Below are positions 9,087 through 18,285 of a stretch of DNA of 64,000 nucleotides, piece after piece; position 1 is the stretch's first letter; each line of letters starts with the position of its first letter. The notes beneath the pieces are model-generated. The model made no database searches, was not told the origin of the DNA, and saw only the letters and a list, made by a program, of their open reading frames with translations. The stretch is from a virus. Lineage: Duplodnaviria > Caudoviricetes. The translations under genes were made by a program, and so were the position numbers. Location of the stretch: the IMG/VR virus record IMGVR_UViG_2524614578_000001, positions 9,107 through 73,106 of that record, one strand, 5' to 3'.

Positions 9087-9478
9087 CCGCTCGCCCGTAC
9101 CGCGCGCTCATCACCGGCTCCCGCGACTGGCCGTCGCCCGGCGTGGTGTGGTCCGCGCTGAACGACTGCCGCGACGAAGCCCTCATCACAGGCCGGGAGT
9201 TGGTCGTCGTACACGGCGCCTGCCCGACCGGAGCCGATGCCCAGGCCCGCGACTGGTGCATCACCGCCACCCAGTTCGCCACCGGAGTCACCGAGGAGCA
9301 GCACCCGGCGAACTGGCAGATCAACGGCAAGCGCGCCGGGTTCATCCGCAACCAGCACATGGTCAACCTCGGCGCCGACGTGTGTCTCGCGTTCATCAAG
9401 GACGGCAGCCGAGGCGCCTCCCACACCGCCCGTCTTGCCGAACAGGCAGGCATCCCCGTCAGGAAGTGGACCGCATGA
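9083..9478 (+). CDS. SLOG family protein (DUF2493/YspA-like)
   Basis: [34 protein letters not shown]. Confidence 0.85.
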   Translation: MTARPYRALITGSRDWPSPGVVWSALNDCRDEALITGRELVVVHGACPTGADAQARDWCITATQFATGVTEEQHPANWQINGKRAGFIRNQHMVNLGADVCLAFIKDGSRGASHTARLAEQAGIPVRKWTA

Positions 9479-9963
9479 ACACCTACTTCGAGTGCCCGAC
9501 TCCGTATCGGCCCGCCCCCGGTGACCCGCCTGCGGTGTTCTTGGCGGGCGGCATCGTCGGCTGCCCCGACTGGCAGTCCGTCGCCGCCGACTGCCTCGCC
9601 GGGCAGGCCGTCGTCCTCAACCCGCGCCGGGCGAACTTCCCGATCGACGACCCGTCGGCGACACCCGAGCAGATCCGCTGGGAACACCAGCACCTGCACA
9701 TGGACGGCGTGCTGACCCTGTTCTGGTTCCCCGCCTGCGACCGGCAGGTGACGACGCAGCCGATCGCCATGTTCGAACTCGGCGCCGCACTCGGGGAGCA
9801 GCGGCCGATCGTCGTCGGTGCCGACCCCGGCTATCCCCGCGTCGAGGACGTGCGGTGGCAGGCCAGCCTCGCGCAGCCCGGGTTGACGGTTCACGACAGC
9901 CTCGACGCCACGCTCACCGCTGCTGTTGCTCAACTTGACGCCGTGCAGGAGGTGACGGCGTGA
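9475..9963 (+). CDS. Nucleoside 2-deoxyribosyltransferase-like protein
   Basis: VFLAGGI..CPDWQ, LNPRR, QIRWE, MFELG. Confidence 0.85.
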   Translation: MNTYFECPTPYRPAPGDPPAVFLAGGIVGCPDWQSVAADCLAGQAVVLNPRRANFPIDDPSATPEQIRWEHQHLHMDGVLTLFWFPACDRQVTTQPIAMFELGAALGEQRPIVVGADPGYPRVEDVRWQASLAQPGLTVHDSLDATLTAAVAQLDAVQEVTA

Positions 9964-10178
9964 CTGCCGTACTGCTCGCCGTGGCGTTCGCTGCCGGGTA
10001 CGGCCTCGGCCGCTGGCGGCCCTGGTCACGGCTCGGCGACTGGGTGCACTGGCAACTGCGCCTGCACGTCGATGAGCGCTGGCATACCCGGCCGCGTCAA
10101 GCAGTGCTGTTTGTGCTGCTGCTCGCCACGGCCCCGAAGCACATGGTGCGGTCGATGCGCCGCCGCAACGACCCGTAG
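9960..10178 (+). CDS. Small membrane protein
   Basis: Two hydrophobic stretches; GTGA overlap. Confidence 0.6.
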   Translation: MTAVLLAVAFAAGYGLGRWRPWSRLGDWVHWQLRLHVDERWHTRPRQAVLFVLLLATAPKHMVRSMRRRNDP

Positions 10179-10194
10179 TACGCACCCGTTGGAC

Positions 10195-10223
10195 GGTCCC
10201 GCCCGCTCGAATCGGGCGGGACC
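10195..10223. terminator. Hairpin
   Basis: GGTCCCGCCCG-N7-CGGGCGGGACC. Confidence 0.5.
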
Positions 10224-10255
10224 GCGCCCCGCAACTACCCACCCCGGAGGAACAC

Positions 10256-10567
10256 ATGACCACACCCGCCGACGAACTCCGCGCCGCTGCCGCGCGACTG
10301 CGAGCCCTCGCCGACATGGCGAGCCCCGGCACTTGGGAACGGGGCGGCTACGGCGACTACGGATGGACCGTCCGCCTCGGCGACACCGACGACAGCGAAC
10401 TCGGGAAGGCCAACGCCGCCTACATCGCCGCCATGGGCCCGATCGTCGGCACAGCGCTCGCCGACTGGCTCGCCTCGGCCGCGGTCGCCGCCGAGTGGAT
10501 CGGCCCCGATCCCCGCGCTGTTGCTGTGGCGCGCGCCATCAACCAGAGCGGAGACACCGATGCCTGA
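10256..10567 (+). CDS. Hypothetical protein (Ead/Ea22-like)
   Basis: ASPGTW...NAAYIAAMGP....ALADWL; RBS GGAGG. Confidence 0.65.
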   Translation: MTTPADELRAAAARLRALADMASPGTWERGGYGDYGWTVRLGDTDDSELGKANAAYIAAMGPIVGTALADWLASAAVAAEWIGPDPRAVAVARAINQSGDTDA

Positions 10568-11348
10568 ACCTGACCACGACGGCCAGCGGCCCCGCGAGAC
10601 TGCGCCTGTGACTGTCACAGCGACGAACGGCCCCTCCGGCGGGTTGGAGTACCCCGAGGGGGCTGAACGGGCCGCAGAGAGGCGCACGGCGCCTCGGAGT
10701 GGCAGCCGCGCCCACTGCGTTCCGCCCGGCTGCCAACCGCAGGACTGCTGCGGAGACCCCACCGCCCATCTGGCCACAATGAACTCCGACTACCCGACAC
10801 GTCCCCTCCACGCCGTCGACCACCGAGAACGGCAGCAGCGGTACGCCGAAGCCATGCACCCGGAAACCGCTGGCGCTGTGACCTCTCGGGAACTCCGCCG
10901 GATCGACGCCGCCATCGCCACGGCCGATGCGGAGATCAGCAAGTTCGTCACCACGGGGCACACCGCGCTAGCCAACGAGAACGCCCGCCTACGCGCTGAG
11001 CTGGACGACTGGCGGCACAACATCGGGGTCCGGTCGTTCACCACTCCGGATGCCGACCTGGACACCGTGCTCGAAAGCCTCGATGCACGCATCCGCGACG
11101 CCAACGACCAAGCCGAGCAGCCGCCTGCCGGGCCAATATGCACCGCCGTCCTCACCGCCCACAGAACCACCTGGTGCTGCACCCAACCCGCAGGCCACTA
11201 CGACGACGCCCGCGAACCCACGTGGCCCGACCACGGCCGGGCAGCCAACCCCGGCGGCTGGCACAGCAGCACCCCGCAACCCGACGAGGCCGCCCGCATC
11301 TGGTCCGACCGTGCAGCCGGAGCCACACCACACCAGGAGCAGCCGTGA
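10560..11348 (+). CDS. Hypothetical protein with coiled coil
   Basis: LANENARLRAEL; operon coupling; start uncertain. Confidence 0.55.
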   Translation: MPEPDHDGQRPRETAPVTVTATNGPSGGLEYPEGAERAAERRTAPRSGSRAHCVPPGCQPQDCCGDPTAHLATMNSDYPTRPLHAVDHRERQQRYAEAMHPETAGAVTSRELRRIDAAIATADAEISKFVTTGHTALANENARLRAELDDWRHNIGVRSFTTPDADLDTVLESLDARIRDANDQAEQPPAGPICTAVLTAHRTTWCCTQPAGHYDDAREPTWPDHGRAANPGGWHSSTPQPDEAARIWSDRAAGATPHQEQP

Positions 11349-11800
11349 CCCACACCCAGCCCAACCCGGCAGACGCCGAAGCGTCATACGGGCGCAGCGA
11401 GTTGCACATCGGCTCCGGCGCCTTCCGCGACGTGTACAGATCCGCCACCATCCCCGGATGGGTCTACAAGTACCTCGACCCGACGCAGCCCACGCCCGCC
11501 AACCACTGGGAACACGACGCCTGGACAGCATTCAGCTCAGGCGCCGAAGAGTGGCCCAAGGGCATCGCCATGCCCGAGACCGTCCTGCTCAACGTCGAAG
11601 GCCACGGGCCGGTGCTGGCCGCCCGTCTCATCGAGGGTGAACAGCCGCCCGCCTGCACGGAAGTTCAGTGCATCTGTGCCGCCACGAGGGCGCGCATGTG
11701 GTCGGCCTGCTGGCGAGACGCGGCAGCCCAAGTCACCTTCGAAGTGGACGACGTGCTGGTCGTGAACGGAACGCTCTTCGTTCTCGACAGGGGGCAGTGA
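11345..11800 (+). CDS. Miniature, degenerate protein-kinase-like protein
   Basis: IGSGAFRDVY Gly-loop, WVYK, terminal VLDRG. Confidence 0.5.
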   Translation: MTHTQPNPADAEASYGRSELHIGSGAFRDVYRSATIPGWVYKYLDPTQPTPANHWEHDAWTAFSSGAEEWPKGIAMPETVLLNVEGHGPVLAARLIEGEQPPACTEVQCICAATRARMWSACWRDAAAQVTFEVDDVLVVNGTLFVLDRGQ

Positions 11801-11821
11801 ACAACTAGCCCAGCACCACCG

Positions 11822-11852
11822 ACGCCCCGCCACCACACCGGTGGCGGGGCGT
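11822..11852 (+). terminator. Terminator hairpin
   Basis: ACGCCCCGCCACC-N5-GGTGGCGGGGCGT. Confidence 0.6.
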
Positions 11853-12007
11853 TCGCATGCCCACACCCAATCGCCGGAGCACTGGGAGCCCAAGCAAGCA
11901 GGGGGTCGCTTAGCACCCGCACCCCCAACCACTGGCCTCCCCCCCCCTGTCGAGCAGCACCACCGCCCACCCATGAGGCAAGAACCCGCACACGAAAGGA
12001 CACGGTC

Positions 12008-12187
12008 ATGAGTGCCACCCGCCCGCCCGTCATCCCCGTCCGACGAGACGGCACCCACTGGGTATTCGCCTGCATCTGGTGCCACCGCACCCACAGACAC
12101 CGCCGCCTCGGCGAACACGTCGCAGCCTGCGGCAGCCCCGACGGCCGCAACTACCGGCTCGTACCGCGACGAAAGCCGGCTACCTGA
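12008..12187 (+). CDS. Small Cys/His protein (59 aa)
   Basis: RBS GAAAGGA; CIWCHRTHRH...C; hand translated. Confidence 0.55.
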   Translation: MSATRPPVIPVRRDGTHWVFACIWCHRTHRHRRLGEHVAACGSPDGRNYRLVPRRKPAT

Positions 12188-12210
12188 CGGGCCACCCGTA
12201 GACGCACAGC

Positions 12211-12237
12211 CGCCCCGCCCGGAATCCAGGCGGGGCG
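12211..12237. terminator. Hairpin between convergent genes
   Basis: CGCCCCGCC-N9-GGCGGGGCG. Confidence 0.5.
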
Positions 12238-12256
12238 CAGTTGCGTGCGGGGGGTG

Positions 12257-12682
12257 TCAGGGCACCAAGTCGACCAGGGCCTCGAAGTCATCCAACTTGG
12301 CACGGCGTTCGGCGATAAGCGTGCGCGCCTCGGCCCTCGTCAACTCGACGAACTCGCCGCAGCCGGTCGCATCCAACGCGAGCACCGGCGCCGTGCCCCC
12401 ATCCGCGAACGGATACTGCGACACGAACACCTCCATGTCCGCCAAGCCAGCTCGCGTCGGCAGCCACACCGAATCCGAAGCGTGCGCCACGCTCTCCAAG
12501 TCGCGCGGACCAGCCGCCGCATGATCCGTCGAGCACCACGACGGGCACGGCACCAGCACCACCTCGCCGCGGAATACGGCCGCCGCCACCCTGGAACCAT
12601 CACCCTGCGACACGTCCACACCGGGGCGCGCGGTGACAGATTCGCAAGGTGACACATTCGCACCCGCCGCTACACTCGGCAT
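12257..12682 (-). CDS. DUF6907-like protein
   Basis: PCPSWCSTDH....H motif; RBS GGAGGA. Confidence 0.65.
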   Translation of the reverse strand: MPSVAAGANVSPCESVTARPGVDVSQGDGSRVAAAVFRGEVVLVPCPSWCSTDHAAAGPRDLESVAHASDSVWLPTRAGLADMEVFVSQYPFADGGTAPVLALDATGCGEFVELTRAEARTLIAERRAKLDDFEALVDLVP

Positions 12683-12824
12683 CAAAGTCCTCCTTTGACT
12701 GGGACTGGACTTGCTGATCAGCGGGTTGCAGCCCGCTGGTTTCCTCAGCGGCCGGGTTTCGTGCAGCCACACGAAGCGCCCGGCCGCTGTGCTGTCTCAG
12801 ACTGTAGAGCCGATCGCAACCTTC

Positions 12825-12916
12825 GTGGGGTGCCCGATTGTCCGGCGGGGTGCCCATCGTGTCGGATCGGCCCCCGGAACCTGCCCGATCGTCCGGTGGG
12901 GTGCCCGATTGTCCGG
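12825..12916. repeat. 21-bp direct repeat GTGGGGTGCCCGATTGTCCGG (2 full, 2 partial copies)
   Basis: Full copies at 12825 and 12896; partial copies at 12845 and 12882. Confidence 0.8.
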
Positions 12917-12919
12917 GCG

Positions 12920-13696
12920 TCAGAACCGGTAGCGCAGCGCGTACAGGTGGCCGGCCTTCGCCATGACCGTCGCCTCAATCGGCCGGTCCTCGTCCGTCAG
13001 CACCACTCGCAGGGTGCGCAGTACCGGGACCTGGCGCGGCAGCAGCAGCGCCTCGTATTCCTCGTGCGTCGGCTCCTCCGCTGTCACCTCGTCCCGTGTC
13101 TGCCGCGGCGGATAGCCCAGGTTTGCGAGCAGTGTCGGCGTACCGCCCTTGATCTTCTTGAACTCCATCATCGCCGTGCCCCGCGCCAACTCCAGCGGAT
13201 AGAACGACTTGACCAGCTCACACGGATCCGGGTCGAAGCTGAGCAACTGCTTCCGCAGCAGCGCCCGTTCACCGTCACCCAGATCGAGAGCCGCTCTGAC
13301 GTCCGCGGGCGGCACTGCCTCCTTCACCTCCAGCAACTGGATCGACGCCTGCTTCCCCTGCTTCTTCGCCTCCGTCAGCCACCGGTACGGCGCCCCCTCC
13401 TCCGCCGGCTTCGAATACGCCTCCGGCGTCAGCAACTCCCGGCGGGCCTCCAGCACATACACACCCGACCCCGGACGGCCATGCACCAACTGCTCGTCCT
13501 TCAACAGTCGCAACGCCCGCTGCACCGTCGCCGACGAGGTGCCGAACCGCTTCATCAACGTGTCGGTACTGGGTAGCTTCGCCCCGGGCGGCAGGTCGCC
13601 GGCGAGGATTTCGCGGCGCAGGTCGGCGGCGATCTGTTCGTGATCGGGGCGCGGGTCGAGGTCGTCTGCGGTGGTTCGCCTGGCACGGTCCGACAC
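12920..13696 (-). CDS. GntR/HutC regulator (wHTH + UTRA), KorSA/TraR-like
   Basis: QIAADLRREI..GDLPPGAKLPS...TVQRAL...GSGVYV followed by UTRA. Confidence 0.9.
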   Translation of the reverse strand: MSDRARRTTADDLDPRPDHEQIAADLRREILAGDLPPGAKLPSTDTLMKRFGTSSATVQRALRLLKDEQLVHGRPGSGVYVLEARRELLTPEAYSKPAEEGAPYRWLTEAKKQGKQASIQLLEVKEAVPPADVRAALDLGDGERALLRKQLLSFDPDPCELVKSFYPLELARGTAMMEFKKIKGGTPTLLANLGYPPRQTRDEVTAEEPTHEEYEALLLPRQVPVLRTLRVVLTDEDRPIEATVMAKAGHLYALRYRF

Positions 13697-13701
13697 GGGG
13701 C

Positions 13702-14244
13702 TCAGCCCACTTCCATCTCGTAGCGGAGGCGCCGCGTCGCCGCGGCGGTGGTCATGATCTCGGCTTGGAACACGGTGCCGTCGGCGTCCCGGTTGCTCCG
13801 ATACAGGGTGATTATCGGTTCCCCGGCGTCCATGTCGAGCGCGGCCCGGGTCTCTTCGTCGGGCATGTCGGCGACGACGTCTTCGGTGACCGAGGCGGTG
13901 GTGTAGCCGAGGCTGGCAAGCGCCGTGATCGCCCCGCCCTTGATCTTGCGCGGCTCGGCGAGGTCCGTGTCGGCGGCGATCCACAGCGGGTAGTAGGAAG
14001 TGGCGATCTCCATGGGTGCGTCATCGAGGTAGACGATGCGACGCCGCGCCACCACCGGCTGCCCCTCGTCGATGCCGAACGCGTCAGCCACGAACGCCGG
14101 CGCCTGCACATGGCCCACGTGGTCGAGCCGGTTCGTGCCTCGCGCCCCGTGCGCGGCGGCCTCCTGCGTCCACGCATCGGCTTGTCCGGCGGTACTCGGC
14201 GTGAGGTAGGGCGTCGATCTGCTGACCCAGTTACCCACGGGCAC
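13702..14244 (-). CDS. Stand-alone UTRA-domain protein (no HTH)
   Basis: RRRIVYLDDAPMEIATSYYP...RSNRDADG; paralogous to the neighbour's C-terminus; RBS GAGGAG. Confidence 0.8.
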   Translation of the reverse strand: MPVGNWVSRSTPYLTPSTAGQADAWTQEAAAHGARGTNRLDHVGHVQAPAFVADAFGIDEGQPVVARRRIVYLDDAPMEIATSYYPLWIAADTDLAEPRKIKGGAITALASLGYTTASVTEDVVADMPDEETRAALDMDAGEPIITLYRSNRDADGTVFQAEIMTTAAATRRLRYEMEVG

Positions 14245-14331
14245 CTCCTCTCTGCTGCTGGTCATCGAACCTTGTCGCTTCTGCGTTCAAGGTTAGCGGC
14301 GGAGTCGAGGGCACCTCATGCCATGGAAAGC

Positions 14332-14360
14332 TTGCTACCTTTTCGGGAAGGCGATAAGGT
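14332..14360 (+). promoter_or_regulatory. Sigma70-type promoter with palindromic spacer
   Basis: TTGCTA-N17-TAAGGT; spacer contains CCTT-N6-AAGG. Confidence 0.5.
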
Positions 14361-14405
14361 TGCGAACGTTCGACCAACCGACCTCGACACCGAAGGAGGG
14401 CGCGG

Positions 14406-14639
14406 ATGCCGCTGCCCAAACGACTGCCGACGCTCTCCGTGAAGGAAGCGGCCGCCGCGCTCGGCGTCCACATCTCCACCGTCTACCGCTGGGCCGAACT
14501 CGGCGACCTGCCCGTCGTCCGCTACGGCAGCGAACCCAGCCACGGACGCCGCGGCTCAGAGATCCGCATCCCCGAACACGTCATCGCCGACCGCCTCCGC
14601 CGAGGCCCCGTCGTCGAACCCGCCCCCACCCCCGCCTGA
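14406..14639 (+). CDS. Excisionase-like HTH protein
   Basis: LSVKEAAAALGVHISTVYRWAELGDLP...IRIP. Confidence 0.85.
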   Translation: MPLPKRLPTLSVKEAAAALGVHISTVYRWAELGDLPVVRYGSEPSHGRRGSEIRIPEHVIADRLRRGPVVEPAPTPA

Positions 14640-14711
14640 CAAAACGCAGGCGGCCCCGGACGCAGCGACGCAACCGCTGGCCGGGGCCTGGTCCCCCTAG
14701 GAGGGATTGAG

Positions 14712-14954
14712 ATGAAGCGTACTGTCCTCTTCGACTTCGAGAACGCGCCCGCCCCGAAGCCGTTCACCGCCGCGACCCGGGTCGCGCTGCGCGCCGAGTG
14801 GCTGGCCGCGAAGGACCGCCGGGATCTGTCCACCGGCCGGGACATCATCCGCGTCGCGAAGATCCACGACGAGGCGTGGCCGGACGAGGCCAGCCTGTAC
14901 GACCAGATCACCGGTCGCGTTACCGAGTACGAGCAGATCGCCGAGGCCGCCTGA
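14712..14954 (+). CDS. Hypothetical protein
   Basis: RBS GGAGG; coupled to next gene. Confidence 0.7.
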   Translation: MKRTVLFDFENAPAPKPFTAATRVALRAEWLAAKDRRDLSTGRDIIRVAKIHDEAWPDEASLYDQITGRVTEYEQIAEAA

Positions 14955-15169
14955 TGGCCGCCCGGACCGAGGCTGTCGTGACGGCCGCGGTGGCGGTGCT
15001 GTCCTATGTGGTCGCCGTGATCGTGGGCTACACGGTCGCCTCCTACGGCCTGCGCACCCCGGTGCCGCACCTTGCCGCACTGGGCACGACGATCCTGACG
15101 TTCACCGTCGCCTCGAAGCTGGCCGACGCCTGGCTCGACAGCCGCAAGGCGAAGGCGGGTGAGCAGTGA
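14954..15169 (+). CDS. Small 2-TM protein
   Basis: Two hydrophobic segments. Confidence 0.65.
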   Translation: MAARTEAVVTAAVAVLSYVVAVIVGYTVASYGLRTPVPHLAALGTTILTFTVASKLADAWLDSRKAKAGEQ

Positions 15170-15387
15170 TGTCGCGCTACCTGGAAGAGGCCGCCGCTCT
15201 GCTGCGGAAGTCGGCGGAGACGAACGAGCGGGACAACACGGGTTATGACGGCCTCCTGATGAAGGGTCGCGAACGGATCGCGGGTCAGTTCGCGACGCTC
15301 GCGGCGATCGACAAGGGCCTGCTGCCTGCCGAGCTGACCGAGGCCGTGCTCGACGCCATCCGCAAGGCGGGTGGCCGTGATGGCTGA
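15166..15387 (+). CDS. Hypothetical protein
   Basis: Coupled ORF with GC3 bias. Confidence 0.6.
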   Translation: MMSRYLEEAAALLRKSAETNERDNTGYDGLLMKGRERIAGQFATLAAIDKGLLPAELTEAVLDAIRKAGGRDG

Positions 15388-15608
15388 GCCGGAGCCGGAG
15401 CACGGGCGGACGCGGGATGGCCAGGGGGAGAAGGCCCCGCCGGATCGCCGGACCCCAGGTAAGTCCCTGTAGATCCCCTGACGCTTCTGCGCCAACCAGC
15501 CCTGCCGTCATCGGGGTTGGCGGGCGTGGTGGGGCCAGGCCACTGGATGCGCCACCCCTGATCGAGAGCCGGACGGACGGGCCGGACATCGACGACCGAG
15601 AGGAACTG

Positions 15609-16004
15609 ATGGATATGGCGGACACCGAGACCACCACCGAGACGGCCAAGGCCGCGCCTGCGGCCGAGGCGGCGGGGCCGTCGACTGCGCTGGCGACGCT
15701 GCCGACGTGGCAGGCCGTGACGGCACAGCAGCCCGAGGAGACCGCGGGGCAGGCGGCTGCGCACCTGTCGCCGCTGTCGGCGTTCCAGCCGGGGCGGGTG
15801 AACATCTGCACCGAGTACCAGATCGCAGTGATCGACGGGACGTCGGTGTCGGCGCATCTGAAGGCGGGGCTGCAGCACATGCGGGAGGCCGCGGACCAGG
15901 TGGCTGCGGGTTCACCCGAGCACGCGGGCCGGACATCGTCTGCGCTGCGGCAGGTTCGGCAGGAGCTGGACCGCATCGCCCGGACTCTCAACATCGGCTA
16001 CTGA
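15609..16004 (+). CDS. Hypothetical protein
   Basis: RBS GAGAGG; GC3 bias. Confidence 0.6.
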   Translation: MDMADTETTTETAKAAPAAEAAGPSTALATLPTWQAVTAQQPEETAGQAAAHLSPLSAFQPGRVNICTEYQIAVIDGTSVSAHLKAGLQHMREAADQVAAGSPEHAGRTSSALRQVRQELDRIARTLNIGY

Positions 16005-16098
16005 GCGGCGGCTGACCGCTGCCTACGTCGCCCCGGCCGAGACCGGGGCGGCAAGGGGACCGGCCAGCCGACTGGACTACATCAACAAGGAGGACGGA

Positions 16099-16530
16099 AT
16101 GGCGGGCGACCGCGAGATCAGGGATGAAGCGCGGCTGATGGCCGACGTGTCGGTCACGAGTTTCGGGTTCCTGCACGATGCACCACCGGAGGCGCACCTG
16201 CTGCTCGACGTGCGGCAGCACTTCCGTGACCCGCACGTGAATCCGGAGCTGCGCGAACTGACCGCCAACGACGCGCCGGTGCAGGACGCCGTGATGAGCA
16301 CACACGGCATCCCGGAACTGATCGGCGCAACTGTGGTTGCCGCCCGCGCCTTCCTCGACGGCCCGTCAACAGGCACGGTGCGCATCGCCGTTGGCTGCGC
16401 CGGGGGCCGGCACCGTGCTCCCGTAGTCGCATCCGCAGTAGCCGAGCGGCTCACCGAGCCACGGCTCCGGATCGCGCTGAGGCACCGCGACATGGCCCTG
16501 CCGGTCGTGGAGCGGGGTGACGGGTCATGA
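16099..16530 (+). CDS. RapZ C-terminal-domain protein
   Basis: TSFGFLH....LLLDVR.HFRDPH...IAVGCAGGRHRA. Confidence 0.85.
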   Translation: MAGDREIRDEARLMADVSVTSFGFLHDAPPEAHLLLDVRQHFRDPHVNPELRELTANDAPVQDAVMSTHGIPELIGATVVAARAFLDGPSTGTVRIAVGCAGGRHRAPVVASAVAERLTEPRLRIALRHRDMALPVVERGDGS

Positions 16531-16751
16531 TGCGCCGTCCTGCCTCTGTCGTGGCGTGGCTGCTGCTCGCAGTCATCGCGTTGAAGGCGCCGGGCCTGCT
16601 GGGCGCGGCACTCAACGGCACCGTCTCGGCTGGCCGTTGGGTGCTGACTGCCCCGGGCGGCACCGCGGTCCTCGTCGCTGCTCTCGCCGTGACTCTCGTG
16701 TGGTGCGCCGCCGTGCGACCCGCCCCGACCCGCGTGAGGAGGTGGGCCTGA
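16527..16751 (+). CDS. Small membrane protein (Spd-like)
   Basis: Two TM segments. Confidence 0.6.
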   Translation: MMRRPASVVAWLLLAVIALKAPGLLGAALNGTVSAGRWVLTAPGGTAVLVAALAVTLVWCAAVRPAPTRVRRWA

Positions 16752-16846
16752 TGACGTACGTCCTCATCGTTCTGTCGCTGCTGGCGATTACCGCTCTCGT
16801 CGGCTTGACGATCTTCGCGCTTAGTTATCCGATCCGCCGCCGCTGA
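16751..16846 (+). CDS. 31-aa single-TM peptide
   Basis: MTYVLIVLSLLAITALVGLTIFALSYPIRRR; TGATG coupling. Confidence 0.5.
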   Translation: MTYVLIVLSLLAITALVGLTIFALSYPIRRR

Positions 16847-16863
16847 CCGCCAGGGAGGTCGTC

Positions 16864-17088
16864 ATGCGCACCTACTACGTCTGGTCCATCGAGATCGTCC
16901 TGCCGGGCGAGGGCGTCTTCGAGGCGGCCTCCACCCTGGCCGCCCCCGTGCCGATCTCCGAGGCCGGGATGCGGCAGGCAGTCGTCGAGGGCATCGCCGA
17001 CAAGCAGCACTGCAAGCCAACGAGCCTCGTCGTCGTCCGCTTCACCTACACCGAACTGCCCGCCCTGACCGCTCCGGAAGGTGCCTGA
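16864..17088 (+). CDS. Hypothetical protein
   Basis: RBS GGAGG. Confidence 0.65.
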   Translation: MRTYYVWSIEIVLPGEGVFEAASTLAAPVPISEAGMRQAVVEGIADKQHCKPTSLVVVRFTYTELPALTAPEGA

Positions 17089-17168
17089 TGCGTGCCCTGT
17101 ACCTGCTTGCCATCGCGTGGCCGCTGATCCTCGGCACCTACCTGCTTGGCAGTCACCTCGCTCACTGA
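17088..17168 (+). CDS. 26-aa hydrophobic peptide
   Basis: MRALYLLAIAWPLILGTYLLGSHLAH; TGATG coupling. Confidence 0.4.
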   Translation: MRALYLLAIAWPLILGTYLLGSHLAH

Positions 17169-17193
17169 CCGCACTCACACATCCGAGAGGACG

Positions 17194-18258
17194 ATGACCG
17201 TGACCAGCACCCCGCAGGATGGCACCCCGCCCGTCCTGGGCGACTGGCGACCCATAGGGGTCGCGCAGCAGTCGGCCACGCCTGCGCCCGTGCAGCCCGC
17301 CACGAAGGAGCCTCGCAACCTGGGCGCCCGCTTCGGCAGCTTCATGCGTGACACCGGTCTGGGGTCGGTCGGCTTCGCCCTGGTCCTCGTCGTCGCCGTC
17401 GCCGGATGGTCCGCCAGCTTCATCGGCCTCCACGACTTCGCAACGAAGCACATGGGACTCAACGAGGACCAGGGCTGGCTGGTGCCGATCACGTTCGACG
17501 GCGCCCCTCTCGGCCTGACGCTCGTCGTGTACCGGGCCAGCGTCAACGGCCGGGGTGCAGCGATCTGGCGGCTGCTGATCTTCGCGTTCACGGGCCTGTC
17601 GTCGTGGATCAACTGGCAGCACATCGACGACCCCACCGGCCGGTGGATCGCCAGCTTCATGCCCCCTGCCGCGGTGATCCTCTTCGAGGGTTTGATGTCG
17701 GAGGCCCGTGCCTCTGCGTCGGATCGGCCGCGGCTGCACCCGCTTCGCTGGCTCATCGACCGCGAGGGCACATGGAAGATCTACCGCGCCTACATCCTCG
17801 GCATCGAACTGCCCGAGCACCTCACCCGCACCTCCGGCAAGGTCGTCGACAGCCGCCAGAAGCAGCCCGCCAAGAAGGAGCCGGCCGCCGCCAAGACGGC
17901 CGCCAACAGCGAGCGCCAAGTCGCCGGTTCTGGCGCCGCCAAGGAGCGCCAAGAAGCGACCGCCAAGACGGCCCCCGCTGGCGCCAAGAAGGCCGCCCCC
18001 GGGAAGCGCCAGCAGACCGCCAAGAAGGGCCGCCAGTCGGCCGCCAAGACGCGCCGCTCGATGGACGAGTGGGTGGAGCTCGGTACCCCCGTGTTCCACG
18101 CCGAGTTCAAGCGGCTGCGCCGTCAGCCGACCGGAACCGAGTTCGCGAATGCCCTGGCCGAAGCCGGACTCGGCAAGCCGGGCGCATCGACAGCGAAGAA
18201 CATCCGCACCGAAATCCTCGACCGCGAACCGCTCCCGGCTCTCACCGACCCCAGCTAG
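17194..18258 (+). CDS. DUF2637 / Spd-like 4-TM spread protein with basic tail and C-terminal HTH-like segment
   Basis: SF..LHDFA..HMG....WLVPITFDG...S..INW.H; Lys/Ala-rich linker. Confidence 0.8.
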   Translation: MTVTSTPQDGTPPVLGDWRPIGVAQQSATPAPVQPATKEPRNLGARFGSFMRDTGLGSVGFALVLVVAVAGWSASFIGLHDFATKHMGLNEDQGWLVPITFDGAPLGLTLVVYRASVNGRGAAIWRLLIFAFTGLSSWINWQHIDDPTGRWIASFMPPAAVILFEGLMSEARASASDRPRLHPLRWLIDREGTWKIYRAYILGIELPEHLTRTSGKVVDSRQKQPAKKEPAAAKTAANSERQVAGSGAAKERQEATAKTAPAGAKKAAPGKRQQTAKKGRQSAAKTRRSMDEWVELGTPVFHAEFKRLRRQPTGTEFANALAEAGLGKPGASTAKNIRTEILDREPLPALTDPS

Positions 18259-18285
18259 ATCCGCACCCAACCGAAGGAGAACGGC

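Noticed and set aside
11939-11947. C9 tract as a phase-variation switch
   Set aside because: Intergenic, no clear promoter geometry, and unremarkable in C-rich DNA
12825-12916. Possible mini-CRISPR
   Set aside because: Only two full copies, the intervening DNA is itself repeat-derived, and no cas genes are present
14363-14373. CGAACGTTCG as an SOS box
   Set aside because: Lacks the 4-nt spacer; could be another operator but is unsupported
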